From: an uncultured Enterobacteriaceae bacterium
GTDB lineage: Bacteria > Pseudomonadota > Gammaproteobacteria > Pseudomonadales > Pseudohongiellaceae
Assembly (NCBI GenBank): GCA_964601805.1
Contig: CAZROW010000002.1
Coordinates: 21,172 to 85,071 of the forward strand
Length of the DNA: 63,900 nt
Direction of reading: 5' to 3'
Shown: positions 31,750-41,498 of the stretch, piece by piece
How the letters are laid out: each line of letters opens with the position of its first letter
How positions within the stretch are numbered: the first letter of the stretch is position 1
Program-made: the position numbers and the translations under genes
Notes under the pieces: model-generated
Databases searched by the model: none
The model's input: the letters and a program-made list of their open reading frames with translations, nothing else
Told to the model about the DNA's origin: nothing

Positions 31750-32652
31750 ATGCCGGAAGATTCTTCACTACAACAGGGTAATAGCGCCGCCATATCAGCT
31801 GTCAGGAAAATCCTCAGACCGCTGGTTAAGTTCATGGTGGCAAACCAGATTACCTACCCTTTCCTCATCAACATGCTCAAGGCAGTTTACGTTGATGTCG
31901 CGGAAAAGGATTTTCCTGTGTCCGGCAAAAAACAGACCGACAGCAGAATCAATTTGCTGACCGGCGTCCATCGCAAGGATGTGAAACGGCTTCGCGCCGA
32001 GGACGACATTGCCGAAACCCGCCCGGCCAATATTTCCATTGGTGCCCAGATCATCGCCCGCTGGGTCGGTGACAAAAACCTGCAAACCAGTCAGGGAACG
32101 CCAAAAATTCTGCCTTTGCAGGATGAAGAAGAGTTCAGCATGAATTCCTTTGAAGGCCTTGTTGCCAATATCGCCAAGGGCGATATCAGGCCGCGGGTCG
32201 TGTTGGACGAATTGATGCGCCTGGACATGGTTGAACTGGACCCCGACCACAATGTCATCCTGAAAACCAAGGCCTTTACACCGGACAAGGGTCAGGAAGA
32301 AAAACTCTATTTCTTTGGCAAGAATATACAGGACCATCTCAACGCGTCGGTCCACAACCTTGCCGGTGAGCAACCCCCCTTCTTCGACAGGAGCGTTTAC
32401 TACGACGAACTGTCCGCCGATTCCATCGCAGAACTCAATGACATGGCCAGCCAGCTGGGCATGGAAGCGCTTATCAAGATCAATGCCCGTGCCCTGGAAC
32501 TGCAAACCGCAGACAAGGGCTCTGCGGATGCAACGCATCGCATGAACTTTGGTATCTTCAATTACAACCAGGCATATGAGACAACCCCTGCACTGGCCGC
32601 AGATGATAAAGACAGTCAGTCAGAGCAGGATCAAGACTCACAGGTTACTTGA
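31750..32652 (+). CDS. Hypothetical protein, possibly DUF6502 family (HTH-like N-terminus)
   Basis: Divergent from the MMPL gene. The N-terminal LRPLVKFMVANQITYPFLINMLKAVYVDVA...SRINLLTGVHRKDVKRLR resembles DUF6502 as I recall it. Start uncertain (31612, 31711 or 31750). Confidence 0.4.
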   Translation: MPEDSSLQQGNSAAISAVRKILRPLVKFMVANQITYPFLINMLKAVYVDVAEKDFPVSGKKQTDSRINLLTGVHRKDVKRLRAEDDIAETRPANISIGAQIIARWVGDKNLQTSQGTPKILPLQDEEEFSMNSFEGLVANIAKGDIRPRVVLDELMRLDMVELDPDHNVILKTKAFTPDKGQEEKLYFFGKNIQDHLNASVHNLAGEQPPFFDRSVYYDELSADSIAELNDMASQLGMEALIKINARALELQTADKGSADATHRMNFGIFNYNQAYETTPALAADDKDSQSEQDQDSQVT

Positions 32653-32742
32653 GGAAATACAGGAAATTGTCCTTTCCGGGAGCCCAAATGTGGCCCCTTA
32701 AATTGTGAAGCAATTCCTGTTTAAACACGATAAAATAGAGTG

Positions 32743-33555
32743 ATGAAAAACCGCAATCACAACATTTCAGACAAAGCCGCAGCGCTGGTGGAAAACCATT
32801 CCATCCTTGCCAGCCTGCTGGCCGTGTTATGTCTGGTGTTTGCGGTCAATTTCTTTCTGACCGGCCCGGGCAGTGATGGTGGCAGTGGCCTTGGTGGCAC
32901 TGGCAAGTTTGGTGGTGAAAGTGGCTTTGGCGGAACAGGCAAGACACCTGACTCCGGCTTCAAACTGGGCAGTAATGACTCCGACCAGGACGCACAGAAT
33001 AATCGTGCCTCGGAATACCTCATTCCTTCCTACTCGCCTGCCGACGCGCTGGACGATGAACTTGGCCTGGGCAGGGAAAAGGTCGTGGCCGCCATGGTCC
33101 CGACACCAAAACCTGAATTTGATGTTGATGCGCTGCGCCTTTCCCCGGACATGCCTGTCGTGCCAGTAAACGAAGAATTCCCGACAGAAAAGATCGACGT
33201 CATGGTAGCCAATGTCCAGTTGGACATTCCGGCTGTGGCCATTGACTCGGCGCTCGATGATCAGCGCAATGTGATTGTTGAAGATACCCTGGTTGCCAGT
33301 CTCGATATTCTCAACAGCCTGATGTTGGCCGAATCTGAAACCGCCCTGCCCCTGGAATCAGCAATGGTTGCCAGTGCTGCCTCAGGCGACAATGACAGCC
33401 AGTCCATCAGGCAGCGCATAGCCGTACCGGTGCGTCCTGAACGTCCTGATCGCTTTAACATGCCTGGCCGGGTTGCTCCGGTACAACGTGCCAATATCCC
33501 GGCTCCGCCTCCTGTGCGCCCAATGCGTACCCTGTCTACTCTGCTCAACAAGTAA
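32743..33555 (+). CDS. Orphan single-pass membrane protein with Gly-rich repeat and Pro-rich C-terminus
   Basis: One TM (ILASLLAVLCLVFAVNFFL), then GSGLGGTGKFGGESGFGGTGK repeats, an acidic middle and a PAPPPVRP tail. I recognise no family. Confidence 0.45.
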   Translation: MKNRNHNISDKAAALVENHSILASLLAVLCLVFAVNFFLTGPGSDGGSGLGGTGKFGGESGFGGTGKTPDSGFKLGSNDSDQDAQNNRASEYLIPSYSPADALDDELGLGREKVVAAMVPTPKPEFDVDALRLSPDMPVVPVNEEFPTEKIDVMVANVQLDIPAVAIDSALDDQRNVIVEDTLVASLDILNSLMLAESETALPLESAMVASAASGDNDSQSIRQRIAVPVRPERPDRFNMPGRVAPVQRANIPAPPPVRPMRTLSTLLNK

Positions 33556-33636
33556 ACAGCCCTGGTTAACAATATATCCTGACCGACAGAACAGATGTTC
33601 TGCGCCTTGCATCGTCCAGGAGAAAAAGATTGCTCG

Positions 33637-34449
33637 CTAGGGCAGCGAGTAGGAAAACTGGAAACCTATCGCCCTGTCGGCACTGCTGTCGGTAAACCCG
33701 GCGATAGTGTAAAGCATGACATTCCAGCGCTCATTGAAGTTATAGGAGACAAAGGGCATCAGCTCATGACTTTCAAAGCTGTTGCTGGAAGCTTTCTCAC
33801 GATAATCATAAATCAGCCCCAGGTAGGTATTATCACCGTACTGTCGCATGATCCCCGCCGAACCATAGAAAGCGTCTTCCAGGTCATACAGGGGAGTTTT
33901 ACCCCGTTGCCGGTAACCCAGGGCTGAAAAGTAGGTATTGCGTCCGTAGGTTGTGTAAAAATCCAGCTGGTAACCAAAATCGGTTTCGCCCGTGCCAAGA
34001 TCCCTGGTTTCATCAGCCGTTGGCAATTTTGCCTGCAGGCTGACATCAACAAACAGCCAACCATTGAAAATGGGATCCAGCTGGTAGGTGGCAGTCACGA
34101 ACACGTCTCCCAGGCCGGCCTCGTCAATCAACGTGTTGTCACCTTCCCTGCCATGACCAATATTTCCCGCTTCCAGGAAGACATCACCAGGACCTTCCAC
34201 GCTCAGGTAAGGTGCGACCACTGAAACCACCCAGGGAAATCGTGCTACTTCATAGGTCAGGGGAAAATAGGTAATGTCAGTATCCCTGTCAGCGCCGTAA
34301 TCACCACTGCTGAAATAACCACCAAGGGTGAATTTATGGGTAAAGTCGTTCTCTTCCTGTGCAGACACGGAAGCAGGCAGGGACAACAATAACAGAGGGA
34401 GTACGGGGAGAAGTTTGGGTGGCTGGGCACCTGATACGAACTGGAACAT
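33637..34449 (-). CDS. Small outer-membrane beta-barrel (MetA-pathway/phenol-degradation-like transporter family)
   Basis: 270 aa. Signal peptide ...LPASVSA/QEE. Alternating beta-strand pattern with aromatic girdles, ending in ...GFQFSYSLP. Confidence 0.5.
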   Translation of the reverse strand: MFQFVSGAQPPKLLPVLPLLLLSLPASVSAQEENDFTHKFTLGGYFSSGDYGADRDTDITYFPLTYEVARFPWVVSVVAPYLSVEGPGDVFLEAGNIGHGREGDNTLIDEAGLGDVFVTATYQLDPIFNGWLFVDVSLQAKLPTADETRDLGTGETDFGYQLDFYTTYGRNTYFSALGYRQRGKTPLYDLEDAFYGSAGIMRQYGDNTYLGLIYDYREKASSNSFESHELMPFVSYNFNERWNVMLYTIAGFTDSSADRAIGFQFSYSLP

Positions 34450-34485
34450 GGCGTTATTCCGGGATGGCCTGAAACAGGCCGTACC

Positions 34486-34592
34486 CTCTATAGATGCATT
34501 AATCGGGTAACTTGTTAATTACAGAAGCTAAAAAGTCATTAACGGGTAGGCCTAATTACCATTACCCGACTATACAGCCTGCATCTATAGAG
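34486..34592. repeat. 107-bp nested inverted repeat in a divergent promoter region
   Basis: Outer 13-bp arms CTCTATAGATGCA (34486-34498) / TGCATCTATAGAG (34580-34592). Inner 7-bp arms CGGGTAA / TTACCCG. Confidence 0.85.
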
Positions 34593-34827
34593 TAAAGATA
34601 CGAACCTTTCTTACACTCATATTGCGCTTAATTGTCACCACCTCCAGTCAGGTATTGATTAAACACATGGCAAGTGTATGAGGGAAAATTTCCCACGTCA
34701 ACAGGCGCGAATAATATTTAACAGGGCTTTTGCAGAAAAAATGCTTTAAAATACTGATATACCCTATTGAATTTATTAGTGTTGCAATGAAAGCGTGAAC
34801 CGGGTCACCAATACGGAAATTCAAGAC

Positions 34828-36195
34828 ATGTCCCCCAAGTGTTCTACAACTCGTCCTGCTGCTCTCCAGTACCTGCTGACCGCCCTGATATCCCTTGTAT
34901 TGCTGGCCAATGCCGGCTTTGCCGCGGAAGCTGAAAACGACGGCAGTGAAATCATTGCCCGGATGAACCAGATGATTTCCATGGGCCAGTTCCAGGCAGC
35001 CTACGAACTGGGGCAAGGCAACCTGTTTGACCTTGAGGGGGAAGCAGAGTTTGACTTCCTGTACGGGCTTGCTGCCCTGGAAACCGGGCGTCCCGATGAA
35101 GCGGTATTCGCCTTTGAACGCATTGCCTATATCTACCCGGACCAGCAGCGCGTCAAACTGGAACTGGCCAGGGCCTACTACATGAGCAACAACATGGCAG
35201 CCTCGGAACAGTTGTTCAACGAGGTACTGGCGACCGATCCGGGCCCCAATGTCAGTAATAATATCGAAGCCTTCCTGGAGCTGATTGAAGACCGCCAGAA
35301 TGCCGTGGAAAGCTCGTTCAACTGGTTTGTCAGTTCCAGTATCGGTTCAGATTCCAATATCAACAGTGCGACAGAGCTTGGCGTGATTGACACTCCCATC
35401 GGTGATGTCGAGCTTGGCCCCAACGGACAAAGCATCGATGATGATTTCATGGATGTTGGTGCCGGTTTTACCTACAACCACCCTTTCAACAAAAACCACA
35501 GTGCCTATGCGCGGGCCAATTACAATCAGCACAATAATTTTTCCACCAGTTCCTTCGACCTGGACGTACTCTCGGGTGAGGCCGGTTATGCGGTAATTCG
35601 GGACAATGTCCGCCTTTCACTGGGCGGCCGCGTGCAGCGCGTGGATCTTGATGACCAGGAGTTCCAGTCCAGCTCAAGTCTTCTGGGCGGATTTCAGCGT
35701 AATGCCGGCAATGGCTGGTCCCAGGCAGTGACTGCGGCCTATACCACCGTACGCTATAACGATGACCTGAATCCCGATAATGACCTCAGGGATGGAGACC
35801 AGCTGCTGTTATCGGGCAGTCTTGGCAAGGCCTCCGGGCGCTTCCTGCATAATGTCAGCGTCTATATCGGTGATGAGGACGCTCGCCAGAGCCTGGGTGA
35901 GAACAATGCCCAGAAGTTCTATGGCATTGCCTTTTCAGAACAGTTCCAGTTTCGACCGGGTCATGTGCCCTACTTCCGTATCTCCTTTCACAAAAGTGAA
36001 AACAAGGCCTCTGCACCCGTCTTCAATATTGACCGCGAAGATGACACTTTTTCTACGTCCCTGGGATGGATCTGGCAGTTTGCCCGCAATATCAATATCA
36101 CCACCGATGTCACTTACACAGACAACGACAGCAATATCGACCTGTATGCCTACGACAGGGTGAAATACCAGACAGGTCTTCGTTACCAGTTCTAG
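34828..36195 (+). CDS. TPR + C-terminal beta-barrel protein, DUF560 / Slam-like (surface lipoprotein assembly modifier family)
   Basis: Signal peptide (LISLVLLANAGFA/AE). TPR-like N-domain (EAEFDFLYGLAALETGRPDEAVFAFERIAYIYPD...). Roughly 290-aa barrel ending in NDSNIDLYAYDRVKYQTGLRYQF, with the OMP terminal Phe. Start is GTG 34795 or ATG 34828. Confidence 0.5.
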   Translation: MSPKCSTTRPAALQYLLTALISLVLLANAGFAAEAENDGSEIIARMNQMISMGQFQAAYELGQGNLFDLEGEAEFDFLYGLAALETGRPDEAVFAFERIAYIYPDQQRVKLELARAYYMSNNMAASEQLFNEVLATDPGPNVSNNIEAFLELIEDRQNAVESSFNWFVSSSIGSDSNINSATELGVIDTPIGDVELGPNGQSIDDDFMDVGAGFTYNHPFNKNHSAYARANYNQHNNFSTSSFDLDVLSGEAGYAVIRDNVRLSLGGRVQRVDLDDQEFQSSSSLLGGFQRNAGNGWSQAVTAAYTTVRYNDDLNPDNDLRDGDQLLLSGSLGKASGRFLHNVSVYIGDEDARQSLGENNAQKFYGIAFSEQFQFRPGHVPYFRISFHKSENKASAPVFNIDREDDTFSTSLGWIWQFARNINITTDVTYTDNDSNIDLYAYDRVKYQTGLRYQF

Positions 36196-36349
36196 TCTCA
36201 TACCCGCACCGTAACTGGCCGGGTTTATCTTATTCCTCACCTGGTGCCTCCTCTCTTGTTCCGGAAACAGTACGACCTGGCGCTGACATGGCGCCTAATT
36301 TGCATGAGGAATGAACAGTTTTGAGCCCTGGCAGGGCTGAAGGCTGGTG

Positions 36350-36748
36350 TTATTCGCTTTTTTCGAATTTCAGTGCGGCGGAATTAATGCAGTAACGCAG
36401 CCCGGTGGGTTCCGGCCCATCATTGAAGACATGGCCCAGGTGCGAGTCACACTTACTGCAGACCACTTCAGTACGTTTCATACCCAGGCTGTTGTCTTCG
36501 ATTTCAGTCACACCATCTTCGGTGGCCGGGCTGTAAAAACTGGGCCAGCCCGATCCCGAGTCATACTTGGTTTCAGAAGAAAACAGCGGTTCACTGCAGG
36601 CACGACACAGATAAGCGCCTTTCTCACCGGTGACCTGCCAGTACTCGCCGGTAAACGCACATTCCGTGCCTTTTTCACGACAAACATGGTATTCCTCGTC
36701 TGTCAGTATTTCCTTCCACTGCTCGTCTGTTTTCTTGACCTTTGACAT
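36350..36748 (-). CDS. msrB: Peptide-methionine (R)-S-oxide reductase
   Basis: Start at [29 protein letters not shown]. Zn CxxC pairs and the catalytic RYCINS motif. 132 aa. Confidence 0.92.
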   Translation of the reverse strand: MSKVKKTDEQWKEILTDEEYHVCREKGTECAFTGEYWQVTGEKGAYLCRACSEPLFSSETKYDSGSGWPSFYSPATEDGVTEIEDNSLGMKRTEVVCSKCDSHLGHVFNDGPEPTGLRYCINSAALKFEKSE

Positions 36749-36857
36749 ACCTGTATTTCCAAAGTGGGTTTCTGTAAAATGCGACGCCCTGTACAAACGG
36801 GTGGAATATACCATATCCCGCCGGATAAAACGTCCGGCCCTAGCCGGAATCCGGAGC

Positions 36858-38072
36858 ATGAATTTATACAAGCAGAGCGAAAAGCTGCGCCAGGTCTGTT
36901 ACGAGATCCGGGGGCCGGCACTACAGGAAGCCCGTCGTCTAGAAGAGGAAGGTCACCGAATAGCCAAGCTCAATATTGGCAATCCCGGCGCCTTTGGCTT
37001 CGAAGCCCCCGATGAAATCCTCCATGACGTTATTCTAAACCTGCCCGAATCCCAGGCCTATTCGGATTCCAAGGGACTGTTCTCAGCCCGCAAGGCCGTC
37101 ATGCACGAAACCCAGCGCCTGCAGATTCCCGGTGTTGGTATCGAGGATATCTACCTGGGTAATGGCGTCAGTGAACTCATTGTCATGGCCATGCAGGCCC
37201 TGTTGAATAACGGCGATGAAATCCTGATTCCGGCACCGGACTATCCCCTGTGGACAGCGGCTGTCACTCTGAGTGGCGGCAAGGCCGTGCATTATCAATG
37301 CGATGAGGAAGCAGACTGGTTTCCCGACCTGGACGATATCAAGAGCAAGATCACTTCCCGTACCAAGGGTATCGTGGTCATCAATCCGAACAATCCTACC
37401 GGGGCGGTCTATAGCAAGGAATTATTGCAGGGCATTATCAAGCTGGCTGAAGAAAACAATCTCATCGTCTTCGCCGATGAAATCTACGACAAGATTCTGT
37501 ACGACGAAGCCAGGCATATTCCGCTGGCCTCTCTATCGGAAGACATCCTGGTCCTCACCTTCAATGGCTTGTCCAAGTCCTACCGGCTCGCCGGCTTTCG
37601 TTCCGGCTGGATGTTCCTCAGCGGTACTCTCGAAAAGGCGAGCGACTACATTGAAGGACTGGACATCCTGTCCAACATGCGCCTTTGCTCCAATGTCCCT
37701 GCACAGCAGGCGATACAAACAGCCCTGGGTGGCTACCAGAGCATCAATGAACTGATCATTCCCGGTGGCAGGCTTTGTGACCAGCGAGATACCGCCTGGA
37801 AGCTGCTCAATGAAATACCGGGGGTCAGTTGTGTCCTGCCAAAGGGAGCCATTTACCTCTTCCCGAAACTGGATCCGAAAAAGTTCAACATCAAGGATGA
37901 CGAACAAATGATCCTGGACTTCCTGATTCAGGAACATGTGCTCATGGTGCAAGGCAGCGGCTTCAATATCAGTGACAACAATCACTTCCGGATTGTCTTC
38001 CTGCCCCGCGAGGATGCCCTGACTGACGCCCTGGAAAAGCTGGCGCGTTTTCTCGACGGCTACAGCCAGTAA
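36858..38072 (+). CDS. alaA: Glutamate-pyruvate (alanine) aminotransferase AlaA
   Basis: The ATG at 36858 gives [32 protein letters not shown]..., 404 aa, near colinear with E. coli AlaA/YfbQ including [13 protein letters not shown] (PLP lysine). Confidence 0.88.
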   Translation: MNLYKQSEKLRQVCYEIRGPALQEARRLEEEGHRIAKLNIGNPGAFGFEAPDEILHDVILNLPESQAYSDSKGLFSARKAVMHETQRLQIPGVGIEDIYLGNGVSELIVMAMQALLNNGDEILIPAPDYPLWTAAVTLSGGKAVHYQCDEEADWFPDLDDIKSKITSRTKGIVVINPNNPTGAVYSKELLQGIIKLAEENNLIVFADEIYDKILYDEARHIPLASLSEDILVLTFNGLSKSYRLAGFRSGWMFLSGTLEKASDYIEGLDILSNMRLCSNVPAQQAIQTALGGYQSINELIIPGGRLCDQRDTAWKLLNEIPGVSCVLPKGAIYLFPKLDPKKFNIKDDEQMILDFLIQEHVLMVQGSGFNISDNNHFRIVFLPREDALTDALEKLARFLDGYSQ

Positions 38073-38073
38073 A

Positions 38074-39189
38074 TTACTGGCGCCTGAATCCAAGACTCTC
38101 CAGGTCTCTGACCAGGCTTTCAGTCAAAGCCCCGGCATTGAATACAAAATCCCGGCATTCCGGGCGAAAGGCATAGTTGTTTCGACGCCGGTCAAAATGG
38201 CCCGCCAGGTCGGCAACCTGCGTATCGAGAAAATCTTTACTGACCGGGTAAGCTTGCAGTAACGCGGAATCAACCAGATCCTCATGATTGTCGTCTCGCG
38301 ACAACTCCAGGGTCCCTGCCGGGGATTCCCTTTGAAGCTCCGGACAATCCAGTCCAAAGCATTCACAAAAGGCCTGGTGAACGGCCAGTGTGGCATTGCG
38401 TTTACCGTTTCGGCTGTAGCCGGCAATATGTGGTGTTGCAATGGCAACTTGTGAAGCCAGCGCCGGGTTGATCCCGGGTTCCCCTTCCCAGACATCCAGG
38501 ACCACGTGAAGGTCAGCTCGCTCGGCCAGCAGTTCCAGCAAGGCAGTATTGTCGATAACTTCCCCGCGCGAGGCATTGATCAGTATTGCCCCTTCAGCCA
38601 GTGTGGAAAGTCGTTGGCGTTGTAAAAGATGACGCGTGGGGAAGTCTCCACCGACTGTCAGGGGGACGTGCAGGCTGATGATGTCACAGGACAGGGCCTG
38701 GTCCAGGGAAACGAAACAACTCGCCAGGGGATGTGATGCAGGTAACAGCGGATCATGGATACTGACCGGCAAACCCAGTGCCAGCATTTTGTGCGCCAGC
38801 CGGCTGCCGACATTACCGGCACCAATAATGCCGATACGTTTGCCACGCCACTGGGACATTCCCTGCCGGGCAAGCCAGGCCAATGCGGCAAACACATAGT
38901 CCACCACTGCATCGGCATTGCATCCGGGCGCATGGGCAAACGTCATCTTGTTTACTGCCAGACAGTCCTGATCCACATGATCGGTACCGCTGGCAGCACT
39001 GCCGATAAAGCGCAGATCAGTGTCCTTAACAAGCGCTTCATTGACCGCGGTAATGGTGCGCACCAGCAAGGCGTCAGCATGGCGCACATGCTCATGGGTG
39101 ATTTCCCGTCCCGGCATCAGGGCCAGCTCGCCATAGCCAGAGAAATACTCGGCTACCTGGAAGATATCCCTGTCAGCAACGATTTTCAT
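38074..39189 (-). CDS. pdxB: 4-phosphoerythronate dehydrogenase
   Basis: 371 aa: MKIVADRDI... N-terminus, a D-2-hydroxyacid dehydrogenase NAD fold (GIIGAGNVG) and the PdxB-specific C-terminal dimerisation domain. Confidence 0.88.
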   Translation of the reverse strand: MKIVADRDIFQVAEYFSGYGELALMPGREITHEHVRHADALLVRTITAVNEALVKDTDLRFIGSAASGTDHVDQDCLAVNKMTFAHAPGCNADAVVDYVFAALAWLARQGMSQWRGKRIGIIGAGNVGSRLAHKMLALGLPVSIHDPLLPASHPLASCFVSLDQALSCDIISLHVPLTVGGDFPTRHLLQRQRLSTLAEGAILINASRGEVIDNTALLELLAERADLHVVLDVWEGEPGINPALASQVAIATPHIAGYSRNGKRNATLAVHQAFCECFGLDCPELQRESPAGTLELSRDDNHEDLVDSALLQAYPVSKDFLDTQVADLAGHFDRRRNNYAFRPECRDFVFNAGALTESLVRDLESLGFRRQ

Positions 39190-39216
39190 GATGGTGAGAG
39201 TACCCGCCCTGCCAGG

Positions 39217-39489
39217 TCAGGCATCGGCAGCTTTACGGATAGAGTAGCGAAAGGTCTTGTCATCTTCGGACGAACTGAGCAGTTCATGGCCCAGGAAATG
39301 ACAGAATTTTGGTACGTCGCGCGTGGTGGAAGGGTCTGTGGCGATCAACACCAGGACTTCCCCCTCCTGTATTTCACGAATCTTCTTGTGCAGCAACATT
39401 ACCGGCTCGGGACAGAACAGGCCGCGGGCATCCAGCAGATGCTCGGTGTTGGCGGGCTTGTCCTGGTCCGTTTGCGTGCTCATCAACAT
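39217..39489 (-). CDS. tusA: Sulfurtransferase TusA
   Basis: 90 aa. [19 protein letters not shown]...[21 protein letters not shown]...FRYSIRK is colinear with E. coli TusA and has the CPEP active site. Confidence 0.88.
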   Translation of the reverse strand: MLMSTQTDQDKPANTEHLLDARGLFCPEPVMLLHKKIREIQEGEVLVLIATDPSTTRDVPKFCHFLGHELLSSSEDDKTFRYSIRKAADA

Positions 39490-39492
39490 TCC

Positions 39493-40356
39493 TCAGAGAC
39501 TGACTACGTTGATCCTGTCCGGAGTCCCGGCATTATCATCTGCTGCCTTCCTGGCCTCTTCCCTTTGCGCTTCAAGAGAATGGAAATCAAACAGTTCAGT
39601 GTCCAGTAGATGGGAAGGCGCCACGTTGCCGATACTCTTGAACAGGACTTCCAGCCTGCCTGGAAACTGGCGATTCCACTCGTTGAGCATTTTCTTGATT
39701 TCCTGGCGCTGCATGTTTTCCTGGGTGCCGCACAAATTACAGGGAATGATCGGGAATTGCTTGAGGTCGGCAAACTTCGCAATTTCCTCTTCCTTGCAGT
39801 AGGCCAGCGGACGTATAACGATGTGTTTCTTGTCGTCACTGAGCAGCTTGGGCGGCATGGTCTTGAGCTTGCCGCCAAAAAACATGTTCAGGAACAGGGT
39901 TTCCATGATGTCATTGCGATGATGCCCCAGGGCGATCTTGGTCGCCCCGATTTTTTCTGCATAAGAATACAGGTTTCCCCGGCGCAAGCGCGAACACAAC
40001 CCGCAATAGGTTTTACCGGGCTCGGTTTTCTCCATGACAACCGAGTAGGTATCTTTTTCTATGATGTGGTACTTCACACCAATGGACTCCAGGTACTGCG
40101 GCAGTACCTCCTCGGGAAATCCCGGTTGCTTCTGGTCCAGGTTGACGGCGACCAGCTCGAAGTTGATCGGGGCATGCTTTTGCATATTGAGCAGGATATC
40201 CAGCATGACATAGGAATCCTTGCCACCGGACAGACATGCCATGACGAGGTCTCCGTCGCTGATCATGTTAAAATCAGCAATCGCGCGCCCTGTTTCACGC
40301 CTCAGGTTTTTCTGCAGGCGATTGAGGGAAAAGGTTTTTTTCCGAATATCAGTCAT
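39493..40356 (-). CDS. ttcA: tRNA 2-thiocytidine(32) synthetase
   Basis: 287 aa with the PP-loop SGGKDS, CxxC ([10 protein letters not shown]) and the C-terminal CNLCG motif. Confidence 0.9.
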   Translation of the reverse strand: MTDIRKKTFSLNRLQKNLRRETGRAIADFNMISDGDLVMACLSGGKDSYVMLDILLNMQKHAPINFELVAVNLDQKQPGFPEEVLPQYLESIGVKYHIIEKDTYSVVMEKTEPGKTYCGLCSRLRRGNLYSYAEKIGATKIALGHHRNDIMETLFLNMFFGGKLKTMPPKLLSDDKKHIVIRPLAYCKEEEIAKFADLKQFPIIPCNLCGTQENMQRQEIKKMLNEWNRQFPGRLEVLFKSIGNVAPSHLLDTELFDFHSLEAQREEARKAADDNAGTPDRINVVSL

Positions 40357-40425
40357 GGGTAATGGTGTGCATTAGAAAAGGACGACAGTATAATTCCTGG
40401 CTCAAGTAATTGCTATTGAGCCCCT

Positions 40426-41481
40426 ATGCCATTCGCAAATCTGGTGAAAACCTGCCTTGCCCTTGCCACCGCCCTGTTCTGCGGCCTGGCTCATGCCCAG
40501 TATGAAAAACAGGCCGTCATCCTCCAGTATCATCATGTCAGTACCCAGACGCCCCCGGTGACCAGCCTGAGCGAGGCGTCGTTTCGTACTCACATGGAAT
40601 ACCTGGCGGACAATGGCTTCACGATGCTGCCCCTGGAAGACGTCGTCAGTACCCTGCAGGACGGTGGCAGCCTGCCGAATAAAACCGCGGTAATCACCTT
40701 TGACGACGGTTATACCTCTGTTTATGACGTGGCCTTTCCGATTCTCAAGGCATACCAGTGGCCCTTTACCGTGTTTGTCACTTCCGGGCTTGTCGGCAGC
40801 AACGATCGCCTTTATGCCACCTGGGATCAATTGAGGGAAATGGGCGATGCCGGAGCGACACTGGCCAATCACACCATCAGCCATCCTTACCTGCTGGAAC
40901 GCAATGCCGGTGAAAGCGATGAGCAGTGGCTGGCTGGAGTACGCCGGGAAATCGTGGGTGCCGAAGACATGATCCGTGAGCAAACAGGCCAGAATCACAA
41001 ACTGTTGGCCTACCCCTACGGTGAATACAATCCCCGAATACAGGAACTGGTCAGCGAACTGGGATTTATCGGCATCGCCCAGCACTCCGGCCCCATCAAT
41101 GGTGCTTCCGATTTCACCGCCCTGCCCCGATTCCCGTTTTCAGGCATCTATGCGTCCATGAATACCTTTCCAACCAAGGTGCAAAGCCTGGCGTTTGACA
41201 GGATTTCCATGACCCCGAACAGTCCTGTCACTGATCAGAGCATGCCATCGGCGCAACTGGATTTTGCTGATGACCAGGAAGGCATCAGCCAGCTGGCCTG
41301 TTACAACAACAATGAGAACATGGAGGTCACGGCCATCAATGCCGCGTCAAACCAGTACCGTATTTCAACCCGGGTCAACAACCAGAGCCGCCGTTTTCGG
41401 TACAACTGTACAGCACCCGGCAAAAATGGCCGGTATTACTGGTATTCGGTTCCGTGGATCAACCCGGCAGTCAGCGAGTAA
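40426..41481 (+). CDS. Secreted polysaccharide deacetylase family protein (CE4, PgaB-N-like)
   Basis: Signal peptide, NodB motifs VITFDDGY and HTISHPYL, plus a roughly 110-aa Cys-containing C-terminal domain of unknown type. Confidence 0.75.
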   Translation: MPFANLVKTCLALATALFCGLAHAQYEKQAVILQYHHVSTQTPPVTSLSEASFRTHMEYLADNGFTMLPLEDVVSTLQDGGSLPNKTAVITFDDGYTSVYDVAFPILKAYQWPFTVFVTSGLVGSNDRLYATWDQLREMGDAGATLANHTISHPYLLERNAGESDEQWLAGVRREIVGAEDMIREQTGQNHKLLAYPYGEYNPRIQELVSELGFIGIAQHSGPINGASDFTALPRFPFSGIYASMNTFPTKVQSLAFDRISMTPNSPVTDQSMPSAQLDFADDQEGISQLACYNNNENMEVTAINAASNQYRISTRVNNQSRRFRYNCTAPGKNGRYYWYSVPWINPAVSE

Positions 41482-41498
41482 GCGGCCAGGTTACAGAT

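Noticed and set aside
36324-36338. Short palindrome AGCCCTGGCAGGGCT between the convergent Slam-like and msrB genes as a bidirectional terminator
   Set aside because: The stem is only 6 bp with a 3-nt loop, and there is no T-run on either strand.
38070-38076. Convergent genes with almost no spacer or with overlapping 3' ends (alaA/pdxB 1-nt gap, gloB/ABC ATPase 9-nt overlap, rbgA/tauE 11-nt overlap, CDF/djlA 23-nt overlap)
   Set aside because: This is common in compact bacterial genomes. It might cause transcriptional interference, but nothing in the sequence marks it as special.
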